A stretch of 63,067 bases of DNA, the filler included, from Octopus bimaculoides (lineage: Eukaryota), in the NCBI RefSeq assembly GCF_001194135.2. It is 6 parts of 6 records of this genome, joined end to end, with 100 filler letters (N's around TTAATTAATTAA, not from the genome) between each part and the next. Parts side by side here need not be neighbours in the genome. Positions count along the whole stretch, not along the records: positions 19,549 to 26,081 come from NC_069004.1; positions 26,182 to 41,680 come from NC_068998.1; 4 more parts are not named here. The stretch is one strand, 5' to 3'. Shown here piece by piece: positions 23,713 to 38,673 of the stretch. A model generated the notes under the pieces. The model was not told the DNA's origin. It was given only the letters and a program-made list of their open reading frames with translations, and made no database searches. The translations under genes and the position numbers were made by a program. Position 1 is the first letter of the stretch, and each line of letters opens with the position of its first letter.

Positions 23713-25079
23713 CATACATATATATATGTATATATATATATATATATACATATATACATATATACATACACACACACGCATACTCACACATTTGTATATA
23801 TATAAATATATAAATGTATATATAAAACTAAAAAAAACAAGGTTTGTTATTTTGGTTTTCAATATGTAACTATATTTGAATGTCCTTGTCATTTTTTGTT
23901 GTTGAATTCGATAAGCAACCGTTGTTGTTGCTGTTGTTGCTGTTGTTGTTGTTGTTGATGTTGTAGTTGTTGTTGTTGTTGTTGTTGTTATCATCGTCGT
24001 CTTCGTCGTCGTCGTTGTTGTTGTTTTTATTATTGTAATATGGCGGAATATAAATGCGCCGGAGAAATTCAATACAGTTGAAATATTTGTATGAATATAT
24101 TTTCTTTCAGTGTTATTCAATGAATGAATGAAGGAAGGAAGGAAAGAAGAAAGAAATGAAGAATGATCTACGTATCGTGACTCCAAGTTGTTGTAGCTAT
24201 TACTGTTGTTGTTTAATTATTATTATTATTATTATCATTATCATTTTTATCTTATGTTATTATTGTTGTGTTGCTGTTGTTATTTATATTATATATTATT
24301 AATATCTTTATTACGATTATAATAATGATTATTATAATTGTTGTTCTTCTTCTTGTTGTTTTCGTTGTCGTCATAGCTGTTGTTGTTGTTGTTGTTGTTG
24401 CTGTTTCTTTTACATAATAAAGAGCCTTTAGAAACCAATCGACTTTAAAATGAATACATTTTACCGTCATCTTCCCCTTTACCTCTCTGTCTTTTTCTTC
24501 TTAATCTTCTTCTTCGTTTTGCTGTCGCTGCTGTTGGTTCGCAGTTTCTGCAGTTTGAAGAAACAAAGTCATCATATTTTCCCAGTGCAGATTGCTGCTC
24601 CGTCTGGTGGTTAAGATTCGACTATGATAAACTCGAACAGAATGTTATCAACAAGCTATATTGATGAAATCTCAGATAAAGCTACATAATGGCGGCTGTT
24701 GAAAAGTTCGCTTCGATTCGATTCGCGCTTTTTAATTTTCCTTTATTTCTTTATTTTACTGTTTCTCCTCCCTCCTACTTCCTCTTCCTCTTCAGCGAAA
24801 GGAAATCATTGAAGCGTGATGTCGCTCCAGTTTTAATATTCCCTCACTCTTCTCTCTTCGTTCTCGTTCTTTCTCTCGTCCTCTCCTCTTTTATGTCTTC
24901 CATTTTCTTAAATAGCTTCGATTTGTCAAGAAATTTATCAATTTGAATATTAGCCTAATAATATGAGAGATCGATGGAGGAAAGATAGAGAGAGAAGACG
25001 AAACAATAGCAAATTGGTGCATAGATAATAAACACATGTAAACGACCCCTTTCTTCCCCTTTCTTCCTCTCCTCATCTA

Positions 25080-25570
<491 letters not shown>

Positions 25571-25914
25571 GTATGCATGCATGTGAGTGTGTTGTGTGTA
25601 TTTAAATATAAATATATTTGATATACACAAACAGACACACATACATGCGCAAAGAAGAAAAAGAAGAAGAAGAAGAAGAACAACAACAACAACAACAGGA
25701 ATGTATTTGTCTTATGTTTTTGTTTTTACATGAGTAACTTTGTATCTAATCAACCCTGATGTGTTTTAATACTCGTCTACATACACACACGTACACTCAC
25801 ACACGTACATGGACACACATATACACACTTCTATACATGTCAGTATATCAATATTTATAAGTATATACATATACGTGTACTTATACATATGTTTCTATAT
25901 ATACATATACATAA

Positions 25915-25979
<65 letters not shown>

Positions 25980-26042
25980 CATATATATTTGCTCATTAAC
26001 ACACATACATACGTACATACTTATCTTTATGTCGAATTTACA

Positions 26043-26081
<39 letters not shown>

Positions 26082-26181
26082 NNNNNNNNNNNNNNNNNNN
26101 NNNNNNNNNNNNNNNNNNNNNNNNNTTAATTAATTAANNNNNNNNNNNNNNNNNNNNNNNNNNNNNNNNNNNNNNNNNNNN
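26082..26181. other. Artificial assembly spacer
   Basis: 44 N + TTAATTAATTAA (26126-26137) + 44 N. Confidence 0.95.
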
Positions 26182-27175
26182 AAACATTCAATGCCTCGCC
26201 CAGCCATCACTTACCAGCTTTAGAAAAGCTAAAATCTCACAATCTTTCACTTTTGGCTGATGTTTCTCGACTGCGCAGAATTCTACTGAAATAGTAGACT
26301 TAAAAAAATATCAGCCCACCACCAGAAAAGCCGGCATGCTAGAAACAACAGGTAGACGACATGATTTGTGAAGAAACATCCCCGTTTTTCAAAAGATAAA
26401 AGTGAAATAATGGAAGTTTGTAGCTTTTTGAAAGTGATGAGGTGATGGGTAAAATTCTTAAAGATTCGTACTCTCTCTTATTTCTTCATAGATTACGAAG
26501 AATAAAAATTTGAAAAAAGTAAAAAGATAAATTTGATGTGGAGAGGGAGAAAATTAGAATATTAAGAATGTATTTCGTGGTTGAAATCCTAATCTCTTGA
26601 ATTGCAAACATGGGAATCGGAAGAAATTTAGAAAAAAAATAAGGATGGGGCGGAAATGTCACCTCGGATATGCTAGATGGAGGAGATAAAGGACAGGATT
26701 TCCGGGAAAACTTCTTTTTAAGTTTATATAGAAGATCATGTTTATAAATACGCTCATCACAAACGCAAATTACAAAGTAAAAAAGGTCATTCCATTTGGA
26801 TTTGAGCAGTAAATTTGCGCGTGCACACTGCAAGAAATAACATAATTTGCACAGACGTTTTACCTAGAGTGTGTGTATGTGTATCAAAGCAAAGTTGTCA
26901 ACTCGGCATATATGGGATCATATGATTGTTCGCTGATTGGCGTAATTTTTTTTTAGTTTCTGTGTGCTTTGAAGAGAGCAGAAACTGAAAGAGAGGTTAA
27001 AGGGGAAAAAACGACATTTGCTTTGAAGTTAGAGGTGAAAGTGTAATATGTACGTGTATATGAAATGGACGTGTGTGTGTGAGAGAGAAAAAGAAATAGA
27101 GAGTGAGTGAAGGAGTGTGTTGTGATGTTTGAAATCTTTTCGCATGTATATATAAGTGGCACTCACTCGCTCTCG

Positions 27176-27214
<39 letters not shown>

Positions 27215-30200
27215 ATACACACTCATATTCTCTTTCATATACACGTACATAGCGAAGGTGAAGAATATGCACACCTAACCCTAAACACCGGGAGTGCGTA
27301 TTCTTTACCTTCACTCATCAATATATATGCATACATCATTTTTGGTGTGGGAGACAGACGAGATACCTCTAAGCATTTCGCCCGGCGTGCTAACTTTTCT
27401 GCCAGCTCGCTGCCTTAAGCAAATTGAAATATTGTCCGAATGTGACCTCAGAATTGTGTGACCCAACCTAGTTGCCGAGGTTATTTTACATGTAAAAAAA
27501 GAGTTGTTGAGCCAAAAGCATAAGTTATTTGTTAGATAGATAATAAGCATCTTTCTCTATTGTAATATAGAAGTGACTAGTTCGGAGAAACATTACTTTC
27601 ATTATTCACACATCGTCACTTTCCTAACTCAACACTTTGTAATTTTGGTTCAAATTGAAAGTGAAACTATTTCTTTCATTTTCTAATGAAACCTGGTCAT
27701 TGTAGAGAAGTGTATTTTAAATATCTATTACTGGTTGTTGAGATAAAGTAGAAAATATGTCAATAAAAACATAGACTGTATAATATATACTGACTAACGC
27801 AGTAAAAAGGTTGTGCGACGTTGATACTCAAGGTGATGAAGCAGCGTAGGAGGACTGTTAAAAATTATCTTGAAGCTGGTGAGAAGGAGTGGAATATCAT
27901 TTATAGAATTATATTGAAAGAGCCGCTAAAACTTTTTACTTCGCTTAAGTTTCCAAATTTGTTATAATAAACAGAATAACATTTTTTCAGATATATTTGA
28001 GAACATTGTGAGTGGTGTTAAATCAGCCGAATTTCCCTGTTGGTAGTACTTGAAAGTGAACGTTGTTGTTCGTCTAAAGTTCAGGCCGCAACTAAACTTT
28101 CAGTATCGGCTCGTTTAACTGTTGGGCGGGAGAAATTTACGTACATAACGTAAGGAATACAAACACATGCATTAACGAACACCTGAAACCTATCTCTGTC
28201 CCTGTTTGTGTCAGTCGTTACAAAAAATGTATGTATACTGACAGACACACACACACATATATTTGTCAGTCATCGGTCTAATGTAGGTAACGAACGCACG
28301 AACACACTTATATAGAAAACGTGACATCATCGTCGTCGTCGTGGTGATAGGAAATGTCGTTTACGATATGTGACTAAGAGAAAAAGGAAAATGTTAAATG
28401 TTGTCATGCAAATGTGCAAATGAGAATATAGTTTATATGATATCCAAAAGCCTACTGAATATTTTGATACCCCATACGTCAAAATCGGGCACTCGGGTTC
28501 GGAATGCATATGGAACATGCATAAGCACCCACATACACACGCATACAAACTCTCTTTTTATATACATAAATATATACATAGTTCTTTTCTTCTTTTATTC
28601 TTTGACTTGTTTCAGTATGTTGACAAAATGAAAGGCTCTTTCTGTAAATCGAACTGGTAACATAATTGAATATAGATAATTTTGTCTTATATAGTGCATA
28701 AATGATATAACAGATGCAATTATGTATTCCTTTGCTTGTAACTTGGAGCCAGCCACCCAATTTAATGAAACATAACCTTTTGAAAAACTAGTATATTGCA
28801 CTTGTGAAACTAACTAGATCTTCTGGAGTTACACTAAAACTATACGTATTGAATTATATTTTCGCAGAAAGTAAATACGGTCTATAAGCAGGAAATATAA
28901 AGATAGTGCAGCATAAAGTATAATATCAATTCTTTATAATATTCATAAATAGCTTACAGAGCTGCGAAGAATAACATTTTATTATATATTATGTCTCTCT
29001 GATGAGGTTATTCTACTTGAAACTTAATTTATTTTAAATAGTGTAATGATATCTCATGTGGCACAGGTTTCTACATTTCATAGGCGAGTTAGCGTTAGAC
29101 ATTACAGTTTCCCTCTGTTTCTTAGATTATTACCTATCAAAGTATATCATCCACAGTCTATAAACTACAGAAATCATTACCTTAATAGTAATCCGTATGT
29201 TATTGTAGGCAAAGTCGTAGCTGAAATAAAATGTAATATACCATCAAATTTAATAAAACTCCACGCTTTTACTTGGTCCTAATTCTGTATTCTCTCCACG
29301 TACAACTGATATTCATTGTGTTATTGTTTTAAATTATTTTAAATAATGCACCTCTGTTCTTTTTATCATTATACAGGAGATTTTTTTTTTAATTGCTGGT
29401 GTTTGATCTTTTTCCTTTAACTCATATATAAGCTGATCATTTGTGTAGTTGATTAACATTGTGTGCATTAGCATATCAGCGTTTAAACATAAATTAATTA
29501 TCTATTTCAAAGGATATATTAACTTAGCGTGCGCATATATTCAACAGAAGCACTATACTCGTGGCAAATAGAAATAACTCGTTATGATATGTAATTCTCA
29601 TAGTTATTTATTACAGTTAACCTGCAAAACAAATTAACGGAAACTAAATAGATTATTTCATAACGTCTACAGAGAAGATGTGAAATTATCTTTACAGATC
29701 TTCCCTGTTTATTGAGATAGATTGATGTTTAATTTGAGAGTCTGGATGTAGAAGATTATACCTAGATGTCGATCGATCAAATTAGGTCTTTTTTGTGCGG
29801 GTTCTTTTTCATTGTCGAGATTTAATGCGCAATAAGTTTGATATATTGAAAGGAAAATGTGACACGAGAGGGCAATATAATGTTAGCTATCTCGGTTTAA
29901 GATATGTTTTCTCAACTACATGATCTCGGTTTGTTCTTGGAAATTAAAACTGCCAACGCTATGTTAGTAGTGTTCCAGCATGCTCACAAGAAACCGGTTG
30001 AAGCCAATAAAAGAAACGTAAAAGATATAAAGGTAATGAAATAGTTATACTGTATACCATCGAGCTAGGAATGATTTTAAAGAGTATAAATGTTTTGAAT
30101 CTCTACTGGGTAAAGTTTTTGCAATTTAGTTTTTTACATAACCGCAAGGAACAGCTTTCTAACAATAAAACTAATGAATTTGAAAAAGATTCTCTGCTAT

Positions 30201-30724
30201 CGGGAGAAGATTAATTGAAATTTTTGGGTTTAACACTTCCTCTCAATAAACAAAACATGTCTAACAAATTTTCGAACCTCTCACATTTCATTATAGTCTT
30301 TCTGTTGGAGCAGGCAACAACGAGCTACAACGACCTTCCCTTTAATCCAATTTGTTACAGCTAGCTTTCCGAGAATATCTCGGTAACTATAAAGATAAAA
30401 TGAAGGCAGTAAATGGTGGATTAAACATTCACAGCAACGTGATAGTAGAAATAGATCTTAATTTTTAAGCTATGTCTTTACTACCCGGCACCATGCCTGC
30501 TGTGGATCCTTGATATTATCGTTCCTATTCATCACAAAAATATAAAAAGAAACAGTATACCAAAGAATGGAATATATAAGGGGCAGTAATCACACCTTCC
30601 TTCCTAAGTTAGGACTCATATGTGTGCTTATATATGTCATTGTTCAGGTTTCAAGATTTCTTGCCAATAGAGAGAGTCAGTTTCTAACCTAGATTCAAGT
30701 CTTCTTCATTGGAATTTCAACATC

Positions 30725-30962
30725 AACAACAGGGTATTTTTGTTTGTATATATGCATATATTCGTATTTGTATGTTTTGCTTTATGTATGTATTCTCATG
30801 CATATAGATGCATATCCAGACATACTCATATGTATTTAAATGATAAACTTTACAGAGTTTTATTGTTCCAGTGATGGATTGGATCTGTAGTCTTCCAATT
30901 AGCTTTCTCCTTCCTGGTTTTGAGAAGCCTAATTTCTCGAGATTGGCATTTAGGCAGTGTGT
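30725..30962 (-). mobile_element. 3' end fragment of an R4/Dong-clade non-LTR retrotransposon
   Basis: THCLNANLEKLGFSKPGRRKLIGRLQIQSITGTIKLCK plus a 3' UTR shared with the longer copy at 50310-50995. Confidence 0.8.
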
Positions 30963-31079
30963 CATGTATGCATGTATGTATGTATGTATGTATGCATGCA
31001 TGCATGCATGCATGTATGTATGTGTGTGTGTATGTATGCATGCATGCATGTATGTATGTATGTATGTATGTATGTATGC

Positions 31080-31110
<31 letters not shown>

Positions 31111-31185
31111 CATGCATGTATGTATGTATGTGTGTGTATGTATGAATGCATGCATGCATGCATGTATGTATGTATGTATGCATGC

Positions 31186-31218
<33 letters not shown>

Positions 31219-31250
31219 TGTATGTATGTATTCATGTATTCATGTATGTG
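30963..31250. repeat. (TATG/CATG)n tetranucleotide microsatellite
   Basis: Seen directly. Confidence 0.95.
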
Positions 31251-32495
31251 GGTATGAATGTTTAGCGGAAATGCAAGTAGACTCTTATGATTTTACCAAT
31301 TACCTCGTATCTTTGTTGAATTCTTTTTTCATTATTTCAAACTAATCTGATAGCTTTCTTTCTCTTGTTAATCGTTCTTTTATACGGACCGCAAGCGACC
31401 ATTTGCCATTATACAATACGTATTTCCCGCTTAATACTAGTTGGTGTCACTGTGTCTCAACAAGATCACCTCGTTCGAATCAGAGATCCTCAGACTGATA
31501 CATATATAGTAAGAGAAAGAAAGACTGAGAGGCAGAGAAACTGAGGAACACATGAATCATGTAAATAACATATATTTTACGCTTATAAGAAGATGCACAA
31601 CTCATTTCATGTTCCTATCTCTTGTTTGAAGTAGTGTCTGAAATATTTTTCTTCAATAGTTTAATATTAATATTTTTTATAGAAATTTCGTTAATATGAA
31701 CTCTGCCTCAACCAGACATTATTAAAGAGGATATTTGCTACCAACTTCTATTATATTCTATAAGATTTGTCTTGCATATTAAACGGCAGTTTTTTTAATG
31801 TATTTTGCAAAGAGTAACACGGTAGTATCCCGGGTGTTTTCATTTGTGTTACATAAATTAATCTGTGATGTTACTGCTTTTGTTTTCATGTTTTTTTTTC
31901 TTTTTATTTTCCTATACTGTTTGAATACTTTGTGATCAACGTGTTCTTTTAAACGGAATTAAATGTAATTAAATTACCATTCACACAGGAATTTTATTCC
32001 CAGTTATGTTCTCCTCTATCTTTGAAACTATCATAATCATTTACTTGCATAAATTATGTATGTATGATTTTTCTTTGAGGTTAATTTAAGTAATTCTTGA
32101 GACAGTTCAAGCCGGTTGCTAACAAAATAGAAGTATTCTTGAGTTAAGAGATTTCCTGGTGTCTGTAAATATGTTGTTGAGTTGGTGATTTGGCTGAACT
32201 GTCAATGCATACACCCATGTATGTATGTAAATATATGTGTATGTATGTATGTATGTATGTATGTTCGTGTGTATGTATGTATGGGAGTGAGAGATCCGCC
32301 TATGTTTTTTTACACAACTTCCTGGCAGAAAGAAATTACTATTGCATGTTTCTTGAATACTTGGCTTTGCAGGTGTGAGTCATAGAAGTGTTGTCAAGTT
32401 GACAAGTTGTTATTGACTAGAAATATCAGCACCAGCATTGGTGAAAGATATTTTGCCATAAAGTCATCACAATATATTTCAACAATGTGGAAATT

Positions 32496-33520
32496 TTATT
32501 CATTGAAGCAAGTACCATTGCGATCAACACACTTTTACCAACGAGTTACAAGTTTGTTTATTCCGATAACATAAAAAATCTGGAGTTCTGGAGCTGGTGA
32601 ACTCTTTGATTGTACTTTCAGCATCAGTTTTATGTTTGAACTCCCTCTCACAGGAAACTATCAAGGTGCTTGAAAAAGTGGTAGTCGGTAGAAGAAATGT
32701 CTTGGGAATAAGCTGGGTGTGGAAAAACTTAGTAGCCAAGATTCCTCAACTCCTTGAGTGTCATTAGTGAAACGTACGGTTGAGCATTGTCATGAAGTAT
32801 GATTGGCCCTTTTCTATTGACCAGTCCGGATCGGAGGAGTGGCGGTTTTTCGTTCATTTTGGCAATTTAATCGCAATATGTTTCTGCAGTAATGGTTTTT
32901 CCGGGTTTTAAGACGTTATAGTTAATAAGTCCCTCATACACTACCAGTGACCATGAACTTCTTTTTGAAGAGCTCGAGTGCAGGGAAATTTTTCAGTGCT
33001 TCATTTTTCCCCAACCACTGCGAAGAACGCTTTTTGTATTCTTGTACATAAACCGCTTTTCATCGCAAGTTACAAAACGGTCTAGAAATGGATCGGTCTG
33101 GTTAAGGAGAAATAGCGACAAGCAAATTTAATATCTGCGCATTTTCTAATTTTTATTCAAGTAGTGTAGTATCAATTTCTCGAGCTTTTTTGATTTTACA
33201 ATCGCATGCAAATGGTTGCAGGCAGTTTTCTAGCTCCCTCGGAATTCGTTTGCCAGTACTCGAGTAGTTTTAGGTGGATATCTCTCAATGACGGTCTTTA
33301 ATTGACTATCATCGATGACTGATGGGCGTCCAAAACGCTAACGATCTTCAAAAACTCAGGTCTGCACTGCGAAATCGTTTAAACAATTTTCGTGCTGACC
33401 ACTCACTGATCATTTCCTCACTAAACGTTTAGTTCATATCGCAAGCAGTTTTAGCTGTTTACGTCCTTTTCTGAAGTAGAACAACAAAATTGCTCGAATA
33501 TCGTGCTTCGACAGTTCCAT
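32496..33520 (-). pseudogene. Decayed mariner transposase (Hsmar1/SETMAR-like, DD34D type)
   Basis: MELSKHDIRAILLFYFRKG start, FLDRFVTCDEK, HDNAQPY, HPAYSQDISSTDYHFFKHLDSFL and CVDRNGTCFNE* end, with frameshifts and stops. Confidence 0.9.
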
Positions 33521-33530
33521 TTCAGATTAT

Positions 33531-35158
33531 CGTAACAAGGATTTCTTTATTGCCCACAGGGGGCTAAACATAGAGGGATAGTACAAAATTGGGCAAAAAC
33601 ACAAAAGAAGGGAAAAATAAAACGAATGAGAAGAATGGTATAGAAAATGAATGAAGGACATGGAGGCCATTCAGACCCCACAATCCAAGTGTCCGAATTG
33701 AAACTTTTAAAAAAAAATTAAATCATTTAATAATCACTTAATATGTCCATGTTAAATTCTTTTAAAAATTCATGATAGCTAACCGTTGACTGCATTCCCT
33801 TGGAATCAATTTCCATTTGTGAGATAATGACATTTGTCCCGTAAATCTCACTTAATCTTTGTGAGTTTTTTCTGTCTATTAACACACATTTAACATGTGA
33901 GGGCACACCCTCACACACTTTAATATCAACTTTTATCAACTCGTCCAGATTATTTCCTCGCAAAACTCATCGAATGAGTCACTGTAGAAAACAATGCAAC
34001 TTTCTTCACAGGATGTGGATTGGGAAATTTGGGGCTCCGATGTATTTGTAGCTATAGTACAGTGTCCGGTGAGGTAGAGTGGGGGTTGGTGTCTGCAGGT
34101 GGAGGGTGTGGCATAGTTAGGCGGGTTGGGTTCGCGTGGAGGTAGGATGGGGGTTAACATTAATGCCCTGAGTTCTCTTTTTTCTCTTTTTCTCCGGTTT
34201 ACCGTCTTCCATTCTGCTTTCTCTTCCTTTATTTGTGTCTCTTTGCTAGACTCCTCCACACTCCCTTCTGTACCACTTTTCATTTCAAGAGGTCGAGGTG
34301 CGATTTTCTTTCGGGCCTGTAGTACTGCTGGCATTTTTTCTTCTTTTGGTCGGCAGAGAACACTCCACTCTTATGGGACCTTTCTCGCCACATTTATAAC
34401 ATCGAGGCTTCCTGTCCTTCACTATAACTCTTAATACCTCCTGCTCCCCCACCGTTATAGTATCAACCATACTTTCAAGGTCCTACAGCGCAGCCTCGAT
34501 GATTATGTCTAGGGTCTGCCCTTATCAATTCTTCAGTGGAGTTCTCGTTATTTGGAAGACCTCTACCTTCTCTTCTACACCCAGCAGTATTGCAGCTACC
34601 AGCCAGGGAAATCACTTCTACCTTTCCCTGGAAGCACGTCTTCCAAGGTAAGTAGGCAGGAGCTTTACTTCGTCCGTTCTCAGGGACTATAGATTCTATA
34701 TATTATTATCTTTTTTACGTCTCCTTTGCAACTGCACTAGAGTGGGGGGATCACTTTTACTTCGTGCCCCTCCCTTCGCAGGACATCCCTGTATTTCTTC
34801 AACTCCACCTTGTTAAAACAAATCTCTTCTCTTGTTTCACCAGCCGCAGTTGCAAAATTCTTTTATTTTCCACATTCATTTTCCACATCTTCTGGTCAGC
34901 AATAACCAAATTTCTCAGTAATTCTTCTTCAGGCGTCGTTACGTCTGGAGAATTCAAATCTTCATGCATAATTAAGACATAAGTAATGCGTTTACCTCTT
35001 CATAAAAAGGGGACAGTGTTAACAAAACTGCCGTAGGACAGCAAAAGCACATGTCTCAAGACACAACAATTAATAATAAATATAATTCCAATTCAACAAT
35101 CTTTCGTTAACTTCTCTAACGACGCACAAAGAGCATCCACGCACAAGTCGGTCCAGAT
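33531..35158 (-). mobile_element. Decayed gag/ORF1-only L1/Tx1-like retroelement, copy 1
   Basis: Zinc-knuckle relic PRCYKCGEKGPIRVEC (34285-34470), a Pro-rich tail and a 3' end ...CCCTGTGGGCAATAAAGAAATCCTTGTT. No RT is recognisable. Confidence 0.65.
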
Positions 35159-35160
35159 GA

Positions 35161-36200
35161 TTATAACAAGGAATTCTTCATTGCCCACAGGGTATAAATA
35201 TAGAAGCGACAGTACATATACAAACAAGACAGTACAATGAAAGTGGGCAGACAAGGAAAAAAAACGGATGAAAGGATGAATAAGAATATAATAAAATTAC
35301 AATGAGCAATGAAATGAAGCCGCTCGACCCCACGTCCGAGCGACTTCATTTAACCTTATAATTATACACAGTTTTCGAAGTTTTTAGTTAAACAAAAATT
35401 AAACATGATAAACATTACTAAATTCTATTCCAAAGTTTTGTTTTAACTCAATTTAACTCACCATTATAGATATCTGATTGGTATCGATGTTCTTGACCAC
35501 GTATTTAACGTTCTCTTCATCTTTTTTTTTTATCGTTCCATATATATAGGATCGGCTATAATGCAGCCCAAATTCCTAGGCACCTCATCACAAAGACATA
35601 TGTCCACTCGTATTATATTGTCCCAGCTATATATTTCATTGACAAACCTGGCATTTGACGCGTCGTAAAAAAAAACCATGTACTTCTTTTTCCCTTCTTT
35701 CCTCATTGGGCAAGGGTTGGGAAGTTTGGGGCTCTTGTGTGAATGTGCTCATTTTTACCGTGTCAGGTGAGGCAGCGACAGGATTGGTCACTGCAGGGGT
35801 AGGGTGGGGCAGACTGGGTTTGTGTGGGAGACGGGTGGGTGTGCGATGGGGCTCATCATTCACAGGCTGTGTCTTCTTCCTTTTTCTCTTTTACTTTTTC
35901 CCGCTTTTTCCCCATTCGTCGTTCTTGTTCTCGCCCACCTCTGCTTCTGCATTGGTTTCTACCGGAGCCTGAGGTGCGGCTTCCTTCCTGCTCGCGGGCT
36001 TGACGTGTATCTCTGCGAGTGGTGGAGGACAGTCTACCCTAATTTGACCCTTTTGGCTACATTCGTAGCAACGAAGGATCCTGCCCTCCACTCTAACTTT
36101 TAATATTACGTCTTCATCTGAGGGCTCATCAAGGAGTGATTGTGCTGAGTGATGAGCTGTAGTGTGTGTCTCGATAGGACGGCTATCATATGTCGAGATT
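35161..36200 (-). mobile_element. Decayed gag/ORF1-only L1/Tx1-like retroelement, copy 2
   Basis: LRCYECSQKGQIRVDCP knuckle (35891-36091), a Pro-rich tail and the same 3' end motif CCCTGTGGGCAATGAAGAATTCCTTGTT. Confidence 0.62.
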
Positions 36201-36207
36201 TAACAGT

Positions 36208-36249
<42 letters not shown>

Positions 36250-36577
36250 GTTTTAATAATTTGCTTCGGCATTGCGAGACTAATAACCTGGTGTAGAACA
36301 CAGAGTGACGCATTAGTCGGGTAGAGAGCGGTAATAAGAAAATTAGACGACAGAGAAACAAAGCATTATCATATGGACGTCATTAGATTACACATATCTC
36401 TGCTATAAGAGTCAGTGTACTGACAGTTGAGTGCTCGAGTGACACTTTATAGCAGAAACATCAATAAGATAATGTTTATATGATAATATTTTATTCCTGT
36501 GCCATCCTATTTTACTATATGTGTGTATGTATGTATGTATGTATGTATATTTGGTATATAATATGTTTTAATATATG

Positions 36578-36674
<97 letters not shown>

Positions 36675-36679
36675 AAATA

Positions 36680-36712
<33 letters not shown>

Positions 36713-38171
36713 ATGTATGTATATATATAAATATATATACATACATACATACATGCATACATACATACGTATATATAGGATCTCTTACGTTTAAGAAAGT
36801 TGGCGGCTAATTTGGATATTGCATAGCGTGGCTATTGTTCACCCTACCCTTCTACGTCCTTCGATATCTAAGCAGTTACAGAAGATTATTTTTTTCATCT
36901 TTATTACCAATGAAATAAGAAATTAAAATAGTTATCTCTATTTCTTGTATTGTTTCAGTCCGTTCTGACAAAGGAATTCTTAGTAATATAGTTAAATAAC
37001 CTTTAATATATGAGTTTTCAACATCGTCATTTTCTGGTGTATCTCTGGAGGAACCTCAAACATTTTCTTATGTAAGAAAAATAAAGCACATATGTGCGTG
37101 TATGCACACACACTTATTGCTAACATTAAAATACGCAAATAAGCGTTAACACATATGATAATCTTCCTTTTATTTTAAGCAGTTTGGTGGTCGTGGTGGT
37201 GGTGGGGGTTCTTCTGTATTGATATAACGCTGATATTAGGAATATTGTCAGAAAAAAAACATCTAAAGACAAATAACTGGAAGTGTAATATTTTTAGTGA
37301 CATATCATTTCTACATGAAAACGATGGACAGCATTGATAGCAGTAATAATGTTGACTCCATTATTTGACGCAATCTCATGTTGAATATCTCGAGGATACC
37401 TGAATAGGTAGATTAAATAATTGGATACCTGACAATAGCTAACAATAATACAAGCTAATGTGGTGACGTTGCATGATCAGAGCAATCATTCAAATTGAAG
37501 GAAAAACAAAAAAACAAAACAGATATAACAATAACAGCAAATTATTTGATAAATAATGAAAATACAAATACAATAGAAATGAAACAAAACAGAAGCAATC
37601 ACAATGTAACCAGAATTCTTTAGTGGAATTCTCAGTCGCGCTTTTTTTTTTTTTGTTAATTATATCCCATACCAATCATGTTACGCTTGCAACATGAATG
37701 AGCATTGTAAAATTGTAAAAAAAAAACAGGAAAATGTATACCTTTGCATATATATATATATAATGTATATGTATGTATCTAATGTGTGCATATATACATA
37801 CACACACACATACACACACACACGCGGAGTACATACATACGTATTTTGGACTCTGTATTTGGTTTGCGAGATTCTTGATGTGAACTTCTGTTCAAAACAG
37901 ACCTTGTTGCAGCTCAGGAAGATCTACATGCAAATACTAAAAACTGGCTGTGGTTTTGTCTATTAGTTAAATGGTTACACAACTATTTAACTTATTAAGT
38001 AATCGATTGCTTGATTAATCGTTCACTTAACTAATCAGGTAAGTTTGTCTAGATACACTCGTCGCTATCCACTTCATCAATGACACGTCTTCCCTGCTGC
38101 AAGTATATTTCATGTCTGTGGGCCCATAAAGCAGTTTACTGGGTTTGTATGTATATATATATATATGTGTG

Positions 38172-38205
<34 letters not shown>

Positions 38206-38215
38206 NNNNNNNNNN

Positions 38216-38272
<57 letters not shown>

Positions 38273-38630
38273 GCGCGAGATAATGTTTCCATATGTGATG
38301 GCACGGATCAAATATAATCTTCATGACTGCTCATCTTCCAATCTAATTACTCCAAGAAACAAAATTAATAAGTTTGTATAGTAACGAGTTATATTTCATA
38401 GACACACGCAATCCATAAAAAACTCGCATACACAGATGTATGTTTATTAACTCGCTACTGTTTGTTTACTAACTGAACACTCACACCAGTATATGTATAC
38501 CAATGCATTGGTCAATAGTTTTGCAAGTTTGTGCTTTTTCTATTGGTAGGGGTGGTAGAAGTGGTCTAACACTACCGTGCCTGTATCTTAATTGCACTTC
38601 GTACATGTATGTGCGTATATAAATAGATAA

Positions 38631-38673
<43 letters not shown>

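Noticed and set aside
28790-28805. TATTGCACTTGT, matching the first 12 nt of miR-92
   Set aside because: The rest of the mature sequence does not match and I see no complementary arm.
28990-29025. CTGATGAG...GAAAC hammerhead-like spacing (similar at ~57188)
   Set aside because: Helix II and the flanking helices do not pair convincingly.
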